NCBI GenBank assembly: GCA_964016885.1
Contig: OZ024744.1
Location: 83,886,001 to 83,950,000, forward strand
Source of the DNA: Eledone cirrhosa
Taxonomy: Eukaryota
Direction: 5' to 3'
Length of the DNA stretch: 64,000 bases
The notes under the pieces were generated by a model. That model had not been told where the DNA came from and ran no database searches. It saw only the letters and a program-made list of their open reading frames with translations. Of the stretch, positions 1-14,380 are shown piece by piece; position 1 is the first letter of the stretch, and each line of letters starts with the position of its first letter. The translations under genes were made by a program, and so were the position numbers.

Positions 1-258
1 TGAGTTTTGTCTGATTCTCTTATCTAGCTTGATAGTTTTCTTAATTCATTTTCTCATCTTCAAGATTGACTTAAAGAAAGACAAATAAATTAAGGATATT
101 TGTTCTAATATGAATCACATATTAATTCATCTAGTAAGTCTGTTGTTAGTTAGTCATCATTTTGAATTCTCATTTTGAGGTTTCACCTGTACAAAAGATG
201 GTTGATGTAGACTTTGCATCCTGCACAATTGTCATAATATGAAGCAAAAGCATTATGG

Positions 259-419
<161 letters not shown>

Positions 420-1176
420 CAGACCAATTCTTCTCGACTAATATTACCAAGATAAACTCATAGAAAATACCGTAAAAATCCTACTGGTATTCAATCCAAG
501 GAAGGGCCTTGTTTCCCCTTTATGTGGTATTTTTGTATGGCTTTATTGATCAGTGATCGATCATCACAACCATATCAGTCTTTATTGCATCCCGCCTGCT
601 CTTTTGGAAATAATTTTGTGTTTAAATAATTTACCCTTTGCGATATTATTGCAGTTGAGGTTCTGTAATTTATAGTAAAGTAGTCTATGGTTCTGGTATG
701 TTGTGTTTAGTGTTTTCCATTTCTTGAGTATTGGGGATTAATCGTATTGGGCAAATGTTACATTCTTATTACACATCAATACTAAATCTGACACATACAT
801 TAGATAAGTGACGTTACAGTTGTGGCGACAAAAATGACGAAGCGAGTAAAATATAGATCTCAACAAACTAACGAACCAATAAATAATAAACAAGATTGGG
901 AAACCTGCAAAAAGAATATGCAGAAGAAATTATACAATATGTCCGACAACTCAGAAAATATACCATCTACAAATCAATGAAATATTTGCAAAATAATCTA
1001 TTCTACACAAAACATATAAGACTACACAAAATAAATATAAGGCAATACAATGAACAACACATACATTTAATGAGTCCGCAAGACAATTGAAATACAACAG
1101 AATTTGTCACACCTGAAATAATCAAGGCATTGCAGCAACTCAAAGACGGACAGGAAGTAAAAATAACTAAAATAAT

Positions 1177-1358
1177 AATTGTTTCTACTTTTGGCAAAAG
1201 GCCAGTAATTATCCCAGTACATTACTGGTACTTTATTTTATCAAACCCGTAAGGATGAAAGGCAAAGTTAGCTTTGTCGGGATTTGAACTCAGACTCTAA
1301 AGGGTCGTAACTCTATGCTGGAAAGCATGGCGTCCGACACTCTACCGATACTGCCAAT
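1177..1358 (-). mobile_element. tRNA-derived SINE copy
   Basis: Reverse complement shows an A-box-like TTGGCAGTATCGG, B-box GAGTTCAAATCC and the body GCCTTTCATCCTTACGGG..GATAAAATAAAGTACCAG shared with many copies in the window. Confidence 0.9.
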
Positions 1359-1571
1359 AATAATATACTTTTAACGACAGCAGCTACATAAAAAAAAACT
1401 ACAAGCCAGCCAAAAATAATACAATTGCAACTTAAGGTAAGCAGCTGTCACGACAATAGCAGCAGCATTAGTAATTATTACGACCACGATAACGACAACA
1501 ATAATAACCTCAGCAATGGTGGTATTGGTGGTCATAATAAATTATCATCGAATCGATAGAGATAGTAATAA

Positions 1572-1765
1572 TGATTTCTAGTAATTTGGGGAGGAGAAAG
1601 TCGATTAATCGACACCAGTACGTTACTGGTGCTTTATTTTATCGAGCCCGTAAGGATGAAAGGCAAAGTTAACCTCGGTGGGATTTGAACTGAGACCGTA
1701 AAGGGACGTAACTATGCTGCAAAGCATTGTGTCTGACGCTCTACCGATACTGCCAATTCTCCGGT
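1572..1765 (-). mobile_element. tRNA-derived SINE copy
   Basis: Same head and body motifs as 1177-1358. Confidence 0.88.
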
Positions 1766-2001
1766 CATAGAAGTCACCATAAAAAAAATTCAAACAAATT
1801 CGCAGACACGACAAGAATATACCATCGACAGAACACTTAAAGACAAACAAAATGGAAACATATTACAACAGATCAACCAGGATTAACATTAAGAAGCACC
1901 TACCAGATACAATAAAGACAAAGAAGACAGGAACATTAAATCGAAGGATATCGGTTGATGTAAATACTTACATGAGCCTAAAGGATCTTCTACTTCTTTT
2001 T

Positions 2002-2095
<94 letters not shown>

Positions 2096-2096
<1 letters not shown>

Positions 2097-3843
2097 AGCT
2101 GCATTTATCTTGCTTTATGTTCATACGAGTTATCACCAAGTCACAACCAGTGACCTCAAGAGACAACAAAGTCCGCCATGTTCAAGAAAGAACATACATA
2201 TTCACACATGCATCTTTAGGTGTTTAGACTTGTGATGTACTTATATTGACAGAATCTTCCTCAGTATATGGGCAGTTCCCATTACTACTATCTTTTGTAT
2301 TTCTCCTATACGCGGGTTTCCTGGGATTTGCGATAAGTAATCATTAGACCCCTTAGGTATCATTCCTAGAGCGCCTACAACCACTGGTATTGTTTTAGTT
2401 ATCAATTTCCACATTTTTCCAATTTCCATCTCCAGGTCCTTATACTTGCTCAATTTTTCAATGTTTTTATAGATACATTCTTATCTATTTGAACGGACAT
2501 ATCAATTAGCAGGCATACCCTCTTTCTAATGTCCTTCAGTATTATATCAGGTCTATTTGCATCTATTTTTCGGTCTGTTTGGATACTAAAGTTCCACAAG
2601 ATTGAGATGTGATCTTTTTCAAGTATGGGAGGTGGTTGATGCTCCCACCAATTCTTTTGATGGGGCAGGTCAAAATGCTTACACATTATCCAATGTATGT
2701 ATTGTGCAGCTCTGTCAATCCTGTATAGGTATTCGGTTGGAGCTATAGGACTGCACATTGAAATTGTATGGTCAACAGTCTCTGGTTGTTTTTTACATAC
2801 ACGGCATAATGGGCTGCATCCATTTTTTATTATGTTGGCTTGGTAATTTTTTGTTGGCATACACTGATCTTGTGCTGATATAATCAGTCCTTCAGTCTCC
2901 GATTTCAGTCCAGAGGATGCCAACCACTGATGGATTAAAGTTTTGTCAACAGGATTGTTAGCTCGTTCTGGGTATTTTCCATACAGAGGCTTTTCTTGCC
3001 ATTTCTTAGCCAGTTTCTGTAGCAGTTCTTTCTTTGCAGTTACTTTTACCTGCTTTGCTTTTTCTGTTTTCCATTTCAGCAGTAAATGGGACTTCTGAGA
3101 TTTGTAGTCCATTAGTGTATCTTTGTGCATCTTTTGTAATGGAGTATGATCTTTTGATGCTTTCGTGTTTCAAAACAAGTTTGATCATCCAATCAAGTGA
3201 TTCCCTTAGATATGTAGATAATCCAATTGTTGCAGTTTTCAACGCAATGTCTAACTGGATTAACCCAGGTCCTCCTTCTTTCCTAGGGAGATATATTCTA
3301 TCTATATCTGCCTTAGGGTGATGCATTCTGTGCATGGTTAAGAATTTTCGAATTTTTGTATCGAGCCTACGGATCTCTGTGCTTGACCAGTTGATGACAT
3401 TGTAACTGTAGGTTACTACTGGTATGGTAAGCGTGTTTATGGCATCGATCCTATTCCTTGCATTCAATTCCGTTCTTAAGATTGTTCTTACTCTGCGGTA
3501 ACATTCCTTCCTTATCCTTTCCCTCATTGTCGAGTGCTTGATTCCGTCTCCTTCACAAACACCTAGATATTTGTAAGTTTCCTCTTGATCAAGTTCTCTT
3601 ATCACATTCCCCCGATCAAGATTAATGTCTGAACTTTTCAGCAGCTTTCCTCTGGTGGACGTTGCTTTGGCGCATTTATCTAGTCCAAACTCCATTTTAA
3701 TGTCATCGCTGAACTGCACCACAGTGGATAATAGCCCTTGCAATTGTTCATCATTTTTTGCAAATAGTTTCAGGTCATCCATGTAGAACAAGTGATTAAT
3801 GGTTTTGTCATAGACTTTATATCCATGTTTTGTTTCATTGAGC
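2096..3843 (-). mobile_element. 5'-truncated R4/Dong-like non-LTR retrotransposon (RT C-terminal half, CCHC, restriction-like endonuclease), family A
   Basis: Frameshifted ORFs 3006-3893, 2450-3130 and 2241-2453 contain HLFYMDDLKLF, YKYLGV, CRVC..ETVDH..C, NRPDI and K.SKY.DL; flanked by (TAA)n on both sides. Confidence 0.93.
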
Positions 3844-3876
3844 ATTATTATTATTATTATTATTGTTATTGTTATT

Positions 3877-4975
3877 CCTTGAATCTCAGTCATTGATGTT
3901 GGTTAACTGGAAAGTCCGTTGGATTGAATATCAAGCCACTACCTGCAGCCTCAGATATTCAGGACGTATCGGAGGGTTCTTGCTGTTCCAAGCAAGCATG
4001 CCTTTTGAAGCGTTCCAAAAAGCGTGAAGGGGCCGATTTTCTTTAACCATCCCTGGAAACTTTTGGAGATAGTCCCCAGTGCGCCTATGACAATCGGGAT
4101 CACTTTGACTTCATGGCAGTTCCAAATCCTTTTCACCTCCCACTTTAGGTCCTGGTATCGGTTAATTTTCTCCCTCTCCTTCTCTTGCACTCTCGTGTCG
4201 AACGGGCAGGCCACATCCACAATCAGGCACGATCTTTTTTCTTTGTCCACAACCACCAGGTCAGGTCTATTGTGTTCCAGTTTTTTGTCCGTCTGTATCC
4301 TAAAATCCCACAGCACCTTCACCTGATTGTTCTCCATCACCGCCTCTGGCCTATGCTCATACCATTTCTCAGAATGTGGTAGATTGTTTACTTTGCACAG
4401 GTGCCAGTGGATCACCCTGCCCATCACATCGTGTCTCCAGCCCTTATAGTGGGTCTGGGCTAGGTGTTTACACTCGGACACAATGTGAGCCACAGTCTCC
4501 TCTCTCTCTCCACAGATCCTGCACAGTGGGCTAGCCTCCTCCTTGTAGATATGGTGCTTCAACCACTTCGTTTTGAGGGCCTGCTCCTGCGCAGCCATTA
4601 GCATTCCTTCTGTAGCCTTTTTGAGGTCTCCTCTTCTCAACCAGTTCCATGTCTGTGGATCTCTAAATTCAGTTTTCTCAAAGAAGGTACTATGAAGGGA
4701 TTTTCCCTTAAGGCTGCTCTTCCTCCTTGATGTTATTTCCTCCCTGGACATCCCCTGGCCTACTGTCTTCTCCTTCAGTACAGTTCTGAGCATTGGCTCC
4801 TTACTATAGGTCACGTATTTGTATAGGTTGTTTTTCTCCATCTGAACACAGTCCTCTATGCTGATGAGACCTCTTCCACCCTCAGATCTCCTTAGGTAGA
4901 GTCTATCGACATCACTCCTCTTGTGGAACATGTTGTAGATAGTCAATAGCTTCCTAGTCTTCCTATCCATTTCTT
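3877..4975 (-). mobile_element. 5'-truncated R4/Dong-like element, family B
   Basis: ORF 3951-4970 contains CRICGEREETVAHIVSEC, RHD, RPDLVV, DVACP and EKINRY; near-identical to the 3' part of 5105-8600; (TAA)n flanks. Confidence 0.93.
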
Positions 4976-5017
4976 TTTATCCATTTCTTTTTATCCATTA
5001 TTATTATTATTATTATT

Positions 5018-5041
5018 AAACCCTTGTGGTTAATAAAGAAA

Positions 5042-5044
<3 letters not shown>
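5018..5044 (+). mobile_element. Isolated 3' terminus of the Tx1-like element, within (TTA)n
   Basis: AAACCCTTGTGGTTAATAAAGAAA is identical to the end of the Tx1-like element at about 14294-14317. Confidence 0.75.
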
Positions 5045-5103
<59 letters not shown>

Positions 5104-5104
5104 G

Positions 5105-8100
5105 TTTGAGTCTCAGTCATTGATGTTAGTTAACTGGAAAGTTTGTTGAAATGAATATCAAGCCACTACCTGAAGCCTCAGATATTCAGGACGTATCGGA
5201 GGGTTCTTGCTGTTCCCAGCTAGCATGCCTTTTGAAGCGTTCCAAAAAGCGTGAAGAGGCCAATTTTCTTTAACCATCCCTGAAAACCTTTTGAGATAAT
5301 ACCTAATGCGCCTATGGCAATCGGGACCACTTTGACTTCATGGCAGTTCCAAATCCTTTTTACCTCCCACTTTAACTCCTGGTATCGGTTAATTTTCTCC
5401 CTCTTTTTCTGTTGCACTCTCGTGTCGAATGGGCAGGCCACATCCACAATCATGCACGATCATTTTACTTTGTCCACAACCACCAGGTCAGGTCTATTGT
5501 GTTCCAGTTTATTGCCCGTCTGTATCCTAAAATCCCACAGCACCTTCACTGATCGTTTTCTATCACCGACTCTGGCTTATGCTCATACCACTTCTCAGAA
5601 TGTGGTAAATTGTTTACTTTGCATAGGTGCCAGTGGATCACCCTGCCCACCGCATCATGTCTCCAGCCCTTATAGTGAGTCTGGGCTAGGTGTTTACACT
5701 CGGATACAATGTGAGCCACAGTCTCCTCTCTCTCTCCACAGATCCTGCACAGTGGGCTAGCATCCTCCTTGTAAATATGGTGTTTCAACCACTTCGTTTT
5801 GAGGGCCTGCTCCTGCGCAGCCATTAACATTCCTTCTGTAGCCTTTATAAGGTCTCCTTTTTTCAACCAGTTCCATGTCTGTGGATCTCTGAATTCAGTT
5901 TTCTCAAAGAAGGTACTATGAAGGGATTTTTCATGAAGGCTGCTCTTTCTCCTTGTTATTTCCTCCCTGGACATCCCCTAGTCTATTGTCCTCTCCTTCA
6001 GTACAGTTCTGAGCATTGGATCCTTACTATCAGTCACGTATTTGAGTAGGTTGTTTTTCTCCATCTGAACACAGTCCTCTATGCTGATAAGACCTCTTCC
6101 ACATTCAGATCTCCTTAAGTAGGGTCTATCGACATCACTCCTCTTGTGGAACATGTTGTAGATAGTCAATAGCTTCCTAGTCTTCCTATCCATGTCTTTT
6201 TGTTCAGCAACATTCCATCTCAGAATTCCCGCACTGTACCTAATAGACACAGCTCGGGAATTTACTGCACTTATGGCATTCCTACTGTTAAGATGTGACT
6301 TTAATACGCTCCTTACTCTCCGAATGTATTCAGTTCTTATCAATTCCTTCATTTTTTTGTTCTTGATATCATCAGCCTCCAGAACACCCAAATACTTGTA
6401 TCCCTCCTCAGTGTCAATCTCCTTTATCATCTCACCTGTTGGTATCTGGATTCCGTTACTCCTGCTCAATTTTCCCCTCTTCATCACAAGGACTCCACAC
6501 TTACTAATACCAAATTGAATACATATATCATTGCTGAAAATACGGACAGTGTCAACAAGCACGTCCAACTCCTTCTCACTCTTCCCGAAGAGCTTAAGAT
6601 CGTCCATGAAGTGGACGTGATTGATGGTAAGCTCTCCCTTTCCCAACTTGTATCCTGCTCTCACTTTTCGCAGTATAATGGTCAGGGGCATCAGGGCAAG
6701 GACAAACACCAGAGGGGACAGACTATCTCCCTGGAAGATACCTCTCTTGATCTTCACGCCTCCCAAGGATTCTCCAGCTGATGTCAACTCTGTTTCCCAG
6801 GACTTCATACTTTTGCCCAACAACTGTCTGATGTTATTTGCCACCCTGAAGATCTCTAGGCTTTTGGTGATCCAAGTATGAGGCACCATGTCAAAAGCCT
6901 TTTTGTAGTCTATCCATCCCATGGCAAGACCAGTGTGTCTCCTCTTGCAATTCCTCATTACCATCTTATCAATAAGTAACTGGTCCTTTGTACCACGGGA
7001 CTTCTTTCGGCATCCTTTCTGTTCGTCCGGTAACAAGTTGTTTGTGTGGAGGTGATGGTAGATTTCCTCAGACATAATGCTTGTCAACAGTTTCCACATT
7101 ACGGACAGACGTGTGATAGGTCTATAGTTGGTAACATCATCACCCTTGATTCGGTCTTTCATTATCAGAACGGTGATACCTTTTGTCAACCACTCTGGCA
7201 CCTCACCTGACATCAAGCAGTCATTGAACATGGTTGTCAGTTTTGGGTGGAGGGATGTTATATTTTTAATCCAATACCCCTGTACACCATCTGGACCTGG
7301 TGATTTCCAGTTGGTTAGATTTTTTGCCTGCCCCTTAAGAGTTTCAACTGTGATACTCAAATCAGTTTGTTGGTGTGTCCTGTTCACTAATCTCCTTCTT
7401 CCTGGTCATTATGTTTAACATCCTGCTCCCATATTCCTCTCCAGAATGTTTTAGTTTGTTCCGCCTCAGGGATCAAGTCGTTGCCTCTTTCTTTCCCTTC
7501 AAGCTGTCCAAACAGCATCTTCTGGTTGTTGTCGAACATGCGGTTCTGTCTATACTGGCTGACTCTGTTCTCGTATCGCCTGATTTTTGCACTCTTTGCT
7601 ACAATTCCTCTATAATATTTAGCGTTGCTTCAGTTCCTCTATAATATTTAGCTTTTTCCTCCTAGTTTTGTACTTTATTTCCAGTCTATTTTTAGTGTCT
7701 GTTTTTTAGTGTCTCAATCAGTAGGGACTCAAGCTTTCCAATGTCATTTCTCATTTCCCTGATTTGACCACTCAGTCGTTTCTTCCACCAAGCCTCTGAT
7801 CTTTTTTGTTTGTTGTTTCCTCTCGCTTTTATACCAAGTAGTTTCCTCACCGTATTTGCTGTTGCTTTGAGGATATTGTTGCACTGGTGAAGGCTCCTCG
7901 CCTCAAGGTATGGGATGATTTTGTTTACCTTAGCTGTTGTTTCTTTTAACTTTTTCCTGTCTACAAATCTTAGGTTCATAGGTTTCCCACTATCATTGTT
8001 CAATTCATCTACCACTAAGTTTAGGATATCAACCAAATCTTGTCCTAGCCCGTCAGCATTCATCTCCTCAATGGCCGTATCTCTGTTCCAGGTATTATTT

Positions 8101-8600
8101 ATTTCAGCATTCAGATCATTGTCTGCTTCGGATGCTTCCTCCGTTCTCTCAACCTCTTCACCTTCATTTCCCACTGGCTCATTTGCTTGGCATACTCCAC
8201 TCTCCATTTCCAACCTAATCTCTCTGCTCCAGTTCCAGCTCGCTTATCCACCCTTTAGTTCTTATTACCCGAGCCTGCCCGGCCGATTTTTGTTCATCTA
8301 ATTTAAATAGACCAATATCGTTCCAGATGTTATGCATCCGTTTCCTATAGCATTTCTCCTTGGGGTTACTCTTCAGGTAACATTGCATAACAGTTCTATT
8401 CAATTATTTTGTCCAGTTGGTTCAGGTCCCTTTCCTTCTTCTTCCTCCCTCGACATCAGCAGTATTGGGCTGACAGCCAGGTCCCTGCTGCTGAGCCAGG
8501 GAGCACCTGCTGGGTGAGAGTCTGTCACATGACATTCTAGTCTCCACTTCACCGTAATTCGAACTGTTTAGGTTCGACATTTAAACACTCTTATCGAGGA
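5105..8600 (-). mobile_element. Near full-length decayed R4/Dong-like element, family B
   Basis: ORF pieces 8215-8403, 7692-8213, 5978-7387 (WKSPGPDG, NYRPIT, DYKKAFD, GIFQGDSLSP, FMDDLKL), 5546-5974 and 5220-5453; 5' boundary approximate. Confidence 0.92.
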
Positions 8601-9112
8601 TTGGTGAATGTATGGTTACATAACAAACGTTAATTTCATCACCTCCGGCGATTTCATCACTCCCGATGATTTTTGTGTGGCACTATCACGCTGTAGATGA
8701 ACATAAATAAACAAACAAACAAACAGGCAAAAAAAAAAAAAAGAATAAGCATAGGTTTCACTATTATTATTATTATTATTATTATTGAATGCTATGGTTG
8801 AAGGAGGCTCGGCTCTGTAAGGTATTGTAAATTTTGACCGCTATAACAATTGTAAATTGTTTAAAACTTTAACCAAATTGTAGACAAAAACACCCTCCTC
8901 CTCGTGAGAGGGGTCTTTCTGCCCGTTATTTGGCCCTTCGGGGTTAAATAACCGCTTTGGGGATTTTGTGCCCAATATTTATTTTAAACAAAAAAAAACA
9001 TGGCTACGAAAAATAATTTTCATAGCTCACTCCCACTCATTCCGTCTTCTTCTTCCTCAATTGTCACTACAGCAGAGAGAAGATTGTCTCTCTCTCCCCT
9101 CCTTCTCTAAAT

Positions 9113-9491
9113 GTGTCTCTCTCCCTCCCTTCTCTTTCGCAAGCGAGGCCAGTAAAGAAAAATCACGTGCATAGCGTGCAAAATTTCTCCACGACGACGA
9201 CGACAACGACGAATAGGGTGTGCGGGCAATACGAAAACCCATTTCATACGTCTGACGTCATGAATAATAGCAGTAGCAGCCGTAATAACAGCAGCAGCAG
9301 CTACAGTGACAAGGAAAACAACAGTAGCAGCCGCAACAGCATCAGCAGCAGCATAAACAACAACAGTATTAGCAGCAGCAGCAACAACAACAGCAGCAGC
9401 AGCAGCAACAACAACAACAACGACAGCAACAGCGGCGGCGGCAGTAGTCGTTGTACCTGCGGCAACAACAAAAGTAACAGCAGCTCTGACG

Positions 9492-9534
<43 letters not shown>

Positions 9535-10981
9535 AGAAAAGCCAATCACGTTTGCAGGTATCGCAAAGAACCTGGAAACCATTCTCATAACAAATGAGGA
9601 ATTAGAGGAAGCAAAGAAGATGGTGAAGAAAACCGGACACCGATCAATCTGCAAGGCAGCAGAACAAATTTTCGAAACCCAACAGCACTGTACGGTCACG
9701 TACCGTACAGTAAGCACAAAATCCCGTAGGGTTGAAAGAACCACAGAGGCTCAAATACAAAAAGCCTTAGGGTCTGTGTGGCAGCGGAAAATGCACATCA
9801 CCCGAGGCAAGAAATATGCCACTGTAGACGTGCTTTTTGCCACACCCCAGGAGGCAAACGCTCAATCCTTGGTGACCCTAAGGAGCGAGGAAATGGTGTT
9901 GGTGCCCTCCTACTGCGGGCGAAAAATTGTGAGGGTCATACTGACCCACGCCCCCCCCCCCTCCTGGGATGGCCCCTTCTTGGCTAGCTGCGTCTGTCCT
10001 CGTCGGAATCGAGGACAATACAACTGTACTGCGAGTACAGAAAAAAGTAAGAGAAGATTGGGTCGGCACCTCCATTGAGTTGTTAATCCAAACCAACCAG
10101 GAGTGCATCGAAGCTATCCCGGATGTGATAGACTTCGATAACGGCACTCAACTGCCCATAAGAGTGAGGGCAAACGCCCAAAATGCTTTCGCTGTGGTTC
10201 GAAGACACACCTCAGGGCCTTCTGCAATGAGAAGACCCTGAGAAAGGAGAAAATCCCCCTCCTTCCGAAACCGGCTCCACCGCTCCCAACAACAGGGCAA
10301 GCGGCGACCAGGAACGATAGGTCCGTGGCACCCATAACCACGCCACAGAAATCAAGAACAGCAGCAGCAGTGGAAGTATTAACAACAACAACAGTAATAC
10401 CAAATGCAGCTGCAACAGAGACTCCACTGCAAACATCACCAACAACAACAAGTGAAAGAGTGGAGCTGGTACCCCTCCCCGACCTCACAGAATCAGACAT
10501 GGAGTGTAAGGTGGGAGAGGGATGGCAAAAGGTCGTAAGAAGGCACAAACGCAGAAGCAGCGCATCGTCGCCTTCGAAAAGAGAGGAAAGAAATGAAAAA
10601 AGGGTAAAGGCTACTGCAAAGAGACTCACAGCAGCAACACCACCAACATCATCACCACCCACACTAGCACCACCATCACCACCGGCGACAACCCCACCGC
10701 CAACAACAACAACACCTTCAACACCACCACCACAAGCACCAACATCGCAAACACAACAACAAAACACACACACCCAGCAACAACGACAAGAAAATAGCAG
10801 AACCACACCCCACCACCAGGAAAAGAAATGCACAGCAATAAATCCACTAAACAAGAAACTAATGACTTACATAATTGAACGCAGACATTTCACAGCACGA
10901 CTACATAATACCAGCAACAATCAAAACACCGACGAACATAAGACTGGTAAGAATAGCACAGAAACAATACACAAACATTAA
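9113..10981 (+). pseudogene. Tx1-like ORF1 (gag-like), frameshifted
   Basis: Pieces 9113-10078, 9969-10241 and 10325-10981; zinc knuckle KRPKCFRCGSKTHLRAFC at about 10170-10225 in an alternative frame; GEGWQKV motif. Confidence 0.8.
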
Positions 10982-11202
10982 AACGAAATTCCCCAACGCA
11001 GTTGGTGATTTCGGAGACCTAGGAGGGACTCTCAACTGGAGAGTATATTCGGACATACTCATAGAAGAACCGACGACCAGCCGAAGGGACGATTCAACGG
11101 TCCCTTCACCAGACGATCAAGTGAAAAGGGATGGAGAAACCATCCTTCCTCTACGAAAAGTAAGGTAAGTGGTCTTTCCCATATTTTCCACTCCATTTCA
11201 AC

Positions 11203-14021
11203 ATGACCTCACTCAGAATAGGCAGCATAAATGCGCGTGGCTTGGGGTCGTCATGGAAGCAGGGCCAGCTGCTCAATGACTTCAGGTCACTAAACAAGAT
11301 GTAGTGGCCATCAGCGAGACCAGAATCTTCGAAGCACGGGCCTTCGCACCGATCTTCGGCGGCTACGGTGTGTACGCATCTCCCAGCCGTCCGGGATCGG
11401 GGGAGTAGTTGCTGTGATTTTCGGAGAGGTTTGGTTCTCGCCATACGGGCCATCTTCCTGGACACAGAAGGTAAGTTAGTGGTGCTGGACGTGACTAACG
11501 GCGACGGGCAAGCTTTCAGGCTAGTGGCTGTCTATGCTCCGACAGGAGCAGGGCGGCCTGATTTCTTCCGGCGTCTGGAGACCTTTCTTGGAACGTCCCG
11601 CTCTTTAGTGTTAGTGGGCGACTGGAACGGGATCTTAGATGCACGCTGGGACTGTGTGGGATTAGCGGATAGGGGAGGGTGGTGCAAGAGCCTCACCAAC
11701 CTGCTCAGGCGTTTTGAACTGTCTGGCAGGTACCGATTGGATTTCCCGAATGTGCCAATGTGGAATTGGACAAATCGCATAGGATCATCCAGATCATATC
11801 TAGATAGAGTATTTTGTAGGGAAATAGATAGATCTAGAATAGGCTGTCCACAATTCAAGATAGTCAGCTACATGGACCACAAATTCGCGATCTGTGTGCT
11901 TGACTTAGATAGGCTTCATAGACGAGGACCCGGCTACTGGAAGCTAAACGCGTCCTTACCAGCGCGCAAAGACTACAGAGACCGGATTAGCGAACTAGTT
12001 AAGCGGGTGTTGACGGGGGCCAACGTCAACAACAAGTGGTAGTTTGCTATGAAAAGAGCGATTAGAATAGAGTCCATTAGGTTTAGTAAGGCTTTTGCAA
12101 TAGAGAAAAATATAGCAGAGGGAGAACTAGTTAGAAAATTAGACGAGGCGCTTAGCAAAGGCATCGCGACCGACGTACTTGCGGCGAAATTGGCCCTTGA
12201 CCAATTCTTCAATGTCAGAGCTAGGGTGCGTGCTCTCAGACACGAGGGGACGAAAGCCGTGCAATGGGCCTGAGTGGCGGAGGCGCGTCGTGGCAACACA
12301 GCCACGATCTGGTCTTTGGTGGACCACGACGGGCGCATGCTACTCGATGCCGGGCAAATGTGTGAAGCTTTTCAGCGACACTTCGCTCAACCTTTCGGAA
12401 GTAACGGTAGGCCGGGTCGAGGGATGGACTTTAGTGTCTACCTCGACGGACTGCCGCGGCTCTCGGCCACTGAGGCGGAGAGTTGCGAAAAGCCGATAAC
12501 AGCCGCTGAAGTACGGGAGGCAATGACTGGCTGCACAAGGGGTAAATCGCCTGGTTTGGATGGTCTACCTTATGAACTTTACGTACAGATGCCAGACTTG
12601 TTCGGAGGCCTCTTGGCGGACGTCTACTGCAACTGGCAACAGAACGGGAGAATTCCCAGCTCTGTAGAGCCGAGGAACGGTGGCGCTGCTGAGAAAGGAT
12701 CCGAACAAGGGGGATAACATAGATAATTTCAGGCCCAAAACTCTGCTAAACACGAGTTCAACGCCAAACAGATCGAGGCGATTGGCACTACACTAAGAGA
12801 ATACGAAGCGGTGACAGGAGTAATGATCAAAGGAAAAGACAGTGGGCCTGCAGCTCTGCACCTTGGGGGCAGGTCCACGCCGTCCAACAGCGTCGTCGGG
12901 CGCTGAACGGACGGACCGGTTAAATTGCTAGGGGCTGGTTCTGTCCGGACCTCCAGACGGACAAAAACTGGGACGTGGTGACGAGCAGGGCGGCTTCTCT
13001 CACCCAGAAATAGGCGGAGAGGAAGCTATCCCTGAAAGGTCGAGCGGAGCTGGTTAACGCGTACATCGCGTCCGTCATCTACTACCGCCTGACCGTCGTA
13101 GCTTGTCCTAAGCCCCGCCTGACTGCGCTGGAGCGTTTGCTCTTTCGCTTTTTGTGGAAGGGACGCGCTCCGATGGTAAGGCAGTCCATCTGCAGTCAAC
13201 ACCCGCTACGTGGAGGGCTGGGAATGCCGTGGCTGATGATGCGCAGACACGCGCTCAGGCTACGTAATCTCCACCTCTTCCTCGACAGTGAACAGGTGTG
13301 GTCGCCGTTTGCTAGACGCGTCTTTGCCCAGCCCGTTTCCTTGACGGATCTGCAGTCCTGGGTCAAGCGAAGACCGAGAGGGAGCGCTTGGAGACTGGAA
13401 TGTCTTCAGGCGCTCACAGCCCTCGACCAATCGGGCAATGTGATCGGTGGAAACTCCACCTCGGCGTTCTATAGAGGATTAGTGGAGGGGAAGATCGACG
13501 ACGTACTTGGGGAAACTCTAGGCCTCGACGGAAATCAAGTAGCCAATCTCTTTGGAAGAACTTTCCGTTCGGGGCCTATGGACAACTTCCAGAAATTCCT
13601 TGCCTGGCAGTGCTACCGAGGAGCCTTGCCAGTTCGGGATAAATTCTACAAGCATGGAGGTGCCGTCAGCCGGGCATGTCCGAGATGCGCGCAGGGCGAT
13701 GAAACCGTCCTGCACGCACTCGTCCAGTGTCCGAGCATTGCTGACTTGAGGGTTTATGTTGAACACCTGCTGTCGCGTGTAGGACGGATCAGGCTATCAG
13801 CTGAGTCCATCGTGAGGATTGCCCCGCCCTCTTCCTTTAGCCGGGAAGGGCAGGCAGTGTTTATCTGTCTGGTGGCCATGGTGAAAGCGATAGTATGGTG
13901 GGCACGTTTGAAAGGGTTGAAGACAAGCAGTTACCTCTTCAGTGATGCATTGATTAACTTTTTCAAATTTAATTTGAAAAGGAAAATCAGGGTAGATAGC
14001 ATTTTGTTGAAAGATGGGTGA
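11203..14021 (+). pseudogene. Tx1-like ORF2 (APE-RT-CCHC) with stops and an internal RT deletion
   Basis: MTSLRIGSINARGL, VYAP, LVGDWN, SYLDR, DH, GYWKLN, GKSPGLDG, DNFRP.TLLN and CPRC..DETVLHALVQC; central RT motifs are missing after about 12755. Confidence 0.88.
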
Positions 14022-14320
14022 GAGAAGCAAGTATGGCCCGAGTGAATGGGCGTACTCTGAGTATGTGTCTTTAAATTAAAGATGGAAAACTGGGAGAGGG
14101 CACTTGCCCTGGTGGTCAGGGTCACTGTGGCCTTTTACTGGGCTTTCTCCACAAATGTCCTTCGGAAGTCTCCCCCCTATTGGGGAATTTGTCATTGTTA
14201 TTTTTATTACATCCTCTGTTTTTTTTACACGCAGAAATGCCCATTTGTACCGTCCTGTATTGTCCTGTACTGTCCTTAATGTCTACTTTATGTAAACCCT
14301 TGTGGTTAATAAAGAAAGCA

Positions 14321-14339
14321 TTATTATTATTATTATTAT

Positions 14340-14380
<41 letters not shown>

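Larger units (their letters stand above)
8787..14320 (+). mobile_element. Tx1/L1-clade non-LTR retrotransposon, near full-length, degenerate
   Basis: Frameshifted ORF1 with CCHC knuckle, ORF2 with APE, RT and C-terminal CCHC, 3' UTR with AATAAA; bounded by (TTA)n at 8762-8786 and 14320-14340. Confidence 0.9.

Noticed and set aside
9113-9535. S/N-rich host protein N-terminus
   Set aside because: CAG/CAA repeats inside the Tx1-like ORF1 region
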